Origin: Chiloscyllium plagiosum
Lineage: Eukaryota
NCBI RefSeq assembly: GCF_004010195.1
Contig: NC_057718.1
Location: forward strand, 6,926,898 to 6,946,897
Direction: 5' to 3'
DNA length: 20,000 bases
How positions within the stretch are numbered: position 1 is the stretch's first letter; each line of letters begins with the position of its first letter. Below are positions 19,525 to 20,000 of this stretch, one piece after another. The position numbers and the translations under genes are program-made. The notes under the pieces are model-generated. The model ran no database searches. It was not told the origin of the DNA and saw only the letters and a list, made by a program, of their open reading frames with translations.

Positions 19525-19876
19525 ATGACAAGCAGGAGGTGGGGAGAACACAGCAAGGCCAGGCAGCATCAGGAGGTGGAGAAGTCGATGTTTCAGGTGT
19601 AACCCTTCTTCAGGACTGTGGGGCGGATGTGGGGGGAGCTGCAGATAGAGGGGGTGGTGGGGGCAGGGTGGTAAATTGGGGATAGGTGAAGACAGGTAGA
19701 GGGTATGACCTGGTTGGTCAGTGGGAAGAATGAATGTGGTTCGTGGCGAGAAAAAAGGGTCAATCAGAGGAATGGAAGGGAGGTGGAGGGACTTGGAAGG
19801 GAGGTTACTTGAGATTGGAGAACTCAATGTTGAGCCCTGTAGGCTGAAGTCTGCCCAAGCAGAAGAGGAGATGTTG
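19525..19876 (-). mobile_element. Penelope-like element (second family) 3' fragment with hammerhead motif
   Basis: Minus-strand peptide LLGRLQPTGLNIEFSNLK*, pyrimidine-rich UTR and motif agtc-CTGAAGA-AGGGT-TAC-ACCT-GAAA-CATC-gact. Confidence 0.82.
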
Positions 19877-19877
19877 T

Positions 19878-20000
19878 AGAGTCGTAGAGATGTACAGCAT
19901 GGAAACAGACCCTTGGGGTGCAACTCGTCCATGCCGACCAGATATCCTCACCTAATCCAGGTCCATTTGCCAGCAGCTGGCCTATATCCCTCCAAACCCT
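19878..20000 (-). mobile_element. CR1/HER1 3' tail (runs off the window)
   Basis: agagtcgtagagatgtacagcatggaaacagaccctt...catgccgaccagatatc matches the tail at 7556. Confidence 0.88.

Overview
Eukaryotic genomic DNA that is mostly transposon-derived. The repeat content (HE1 V-SINEs, SacSINE1-like Deu-SINEs, CR1/HER1 LINEs, Rex1/Babar LINEs, Penelope-like elements) points to a shark; a carpet/bamboo shark is inferred. Most ORFs in the supplied track are translations of retroelement fragments. Two things stand out. (1) The Penelope-derived termini carry a minimal hammerhead-ribozyme motif (CTGATGA-stem II-GAAA-CGTC). Several short Penelope-derived inserts are fold-back palindromes flanked by 13-17 bp target-site duplications, and the clearest (16523-16747) has two intact hammerhead cores in opposite orientation. 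(2) The unique sequence between repeats holds a chain of small, phase-compatible + strand exons (best supported: 7156-7182, 8770-8826, 9896-10000, 11024-11089, 11174-11396). These splice into an open ~158-aa C-terminus of a protein I cannot name, with a weak resemblance to a MAGUK guanylate-kinase-like tail. A possible convergent - strand terminal exon lies at 12324-12375. Repeat family names come from recalled consensus sequences rather than a search, and repeat boundaries are approximate.
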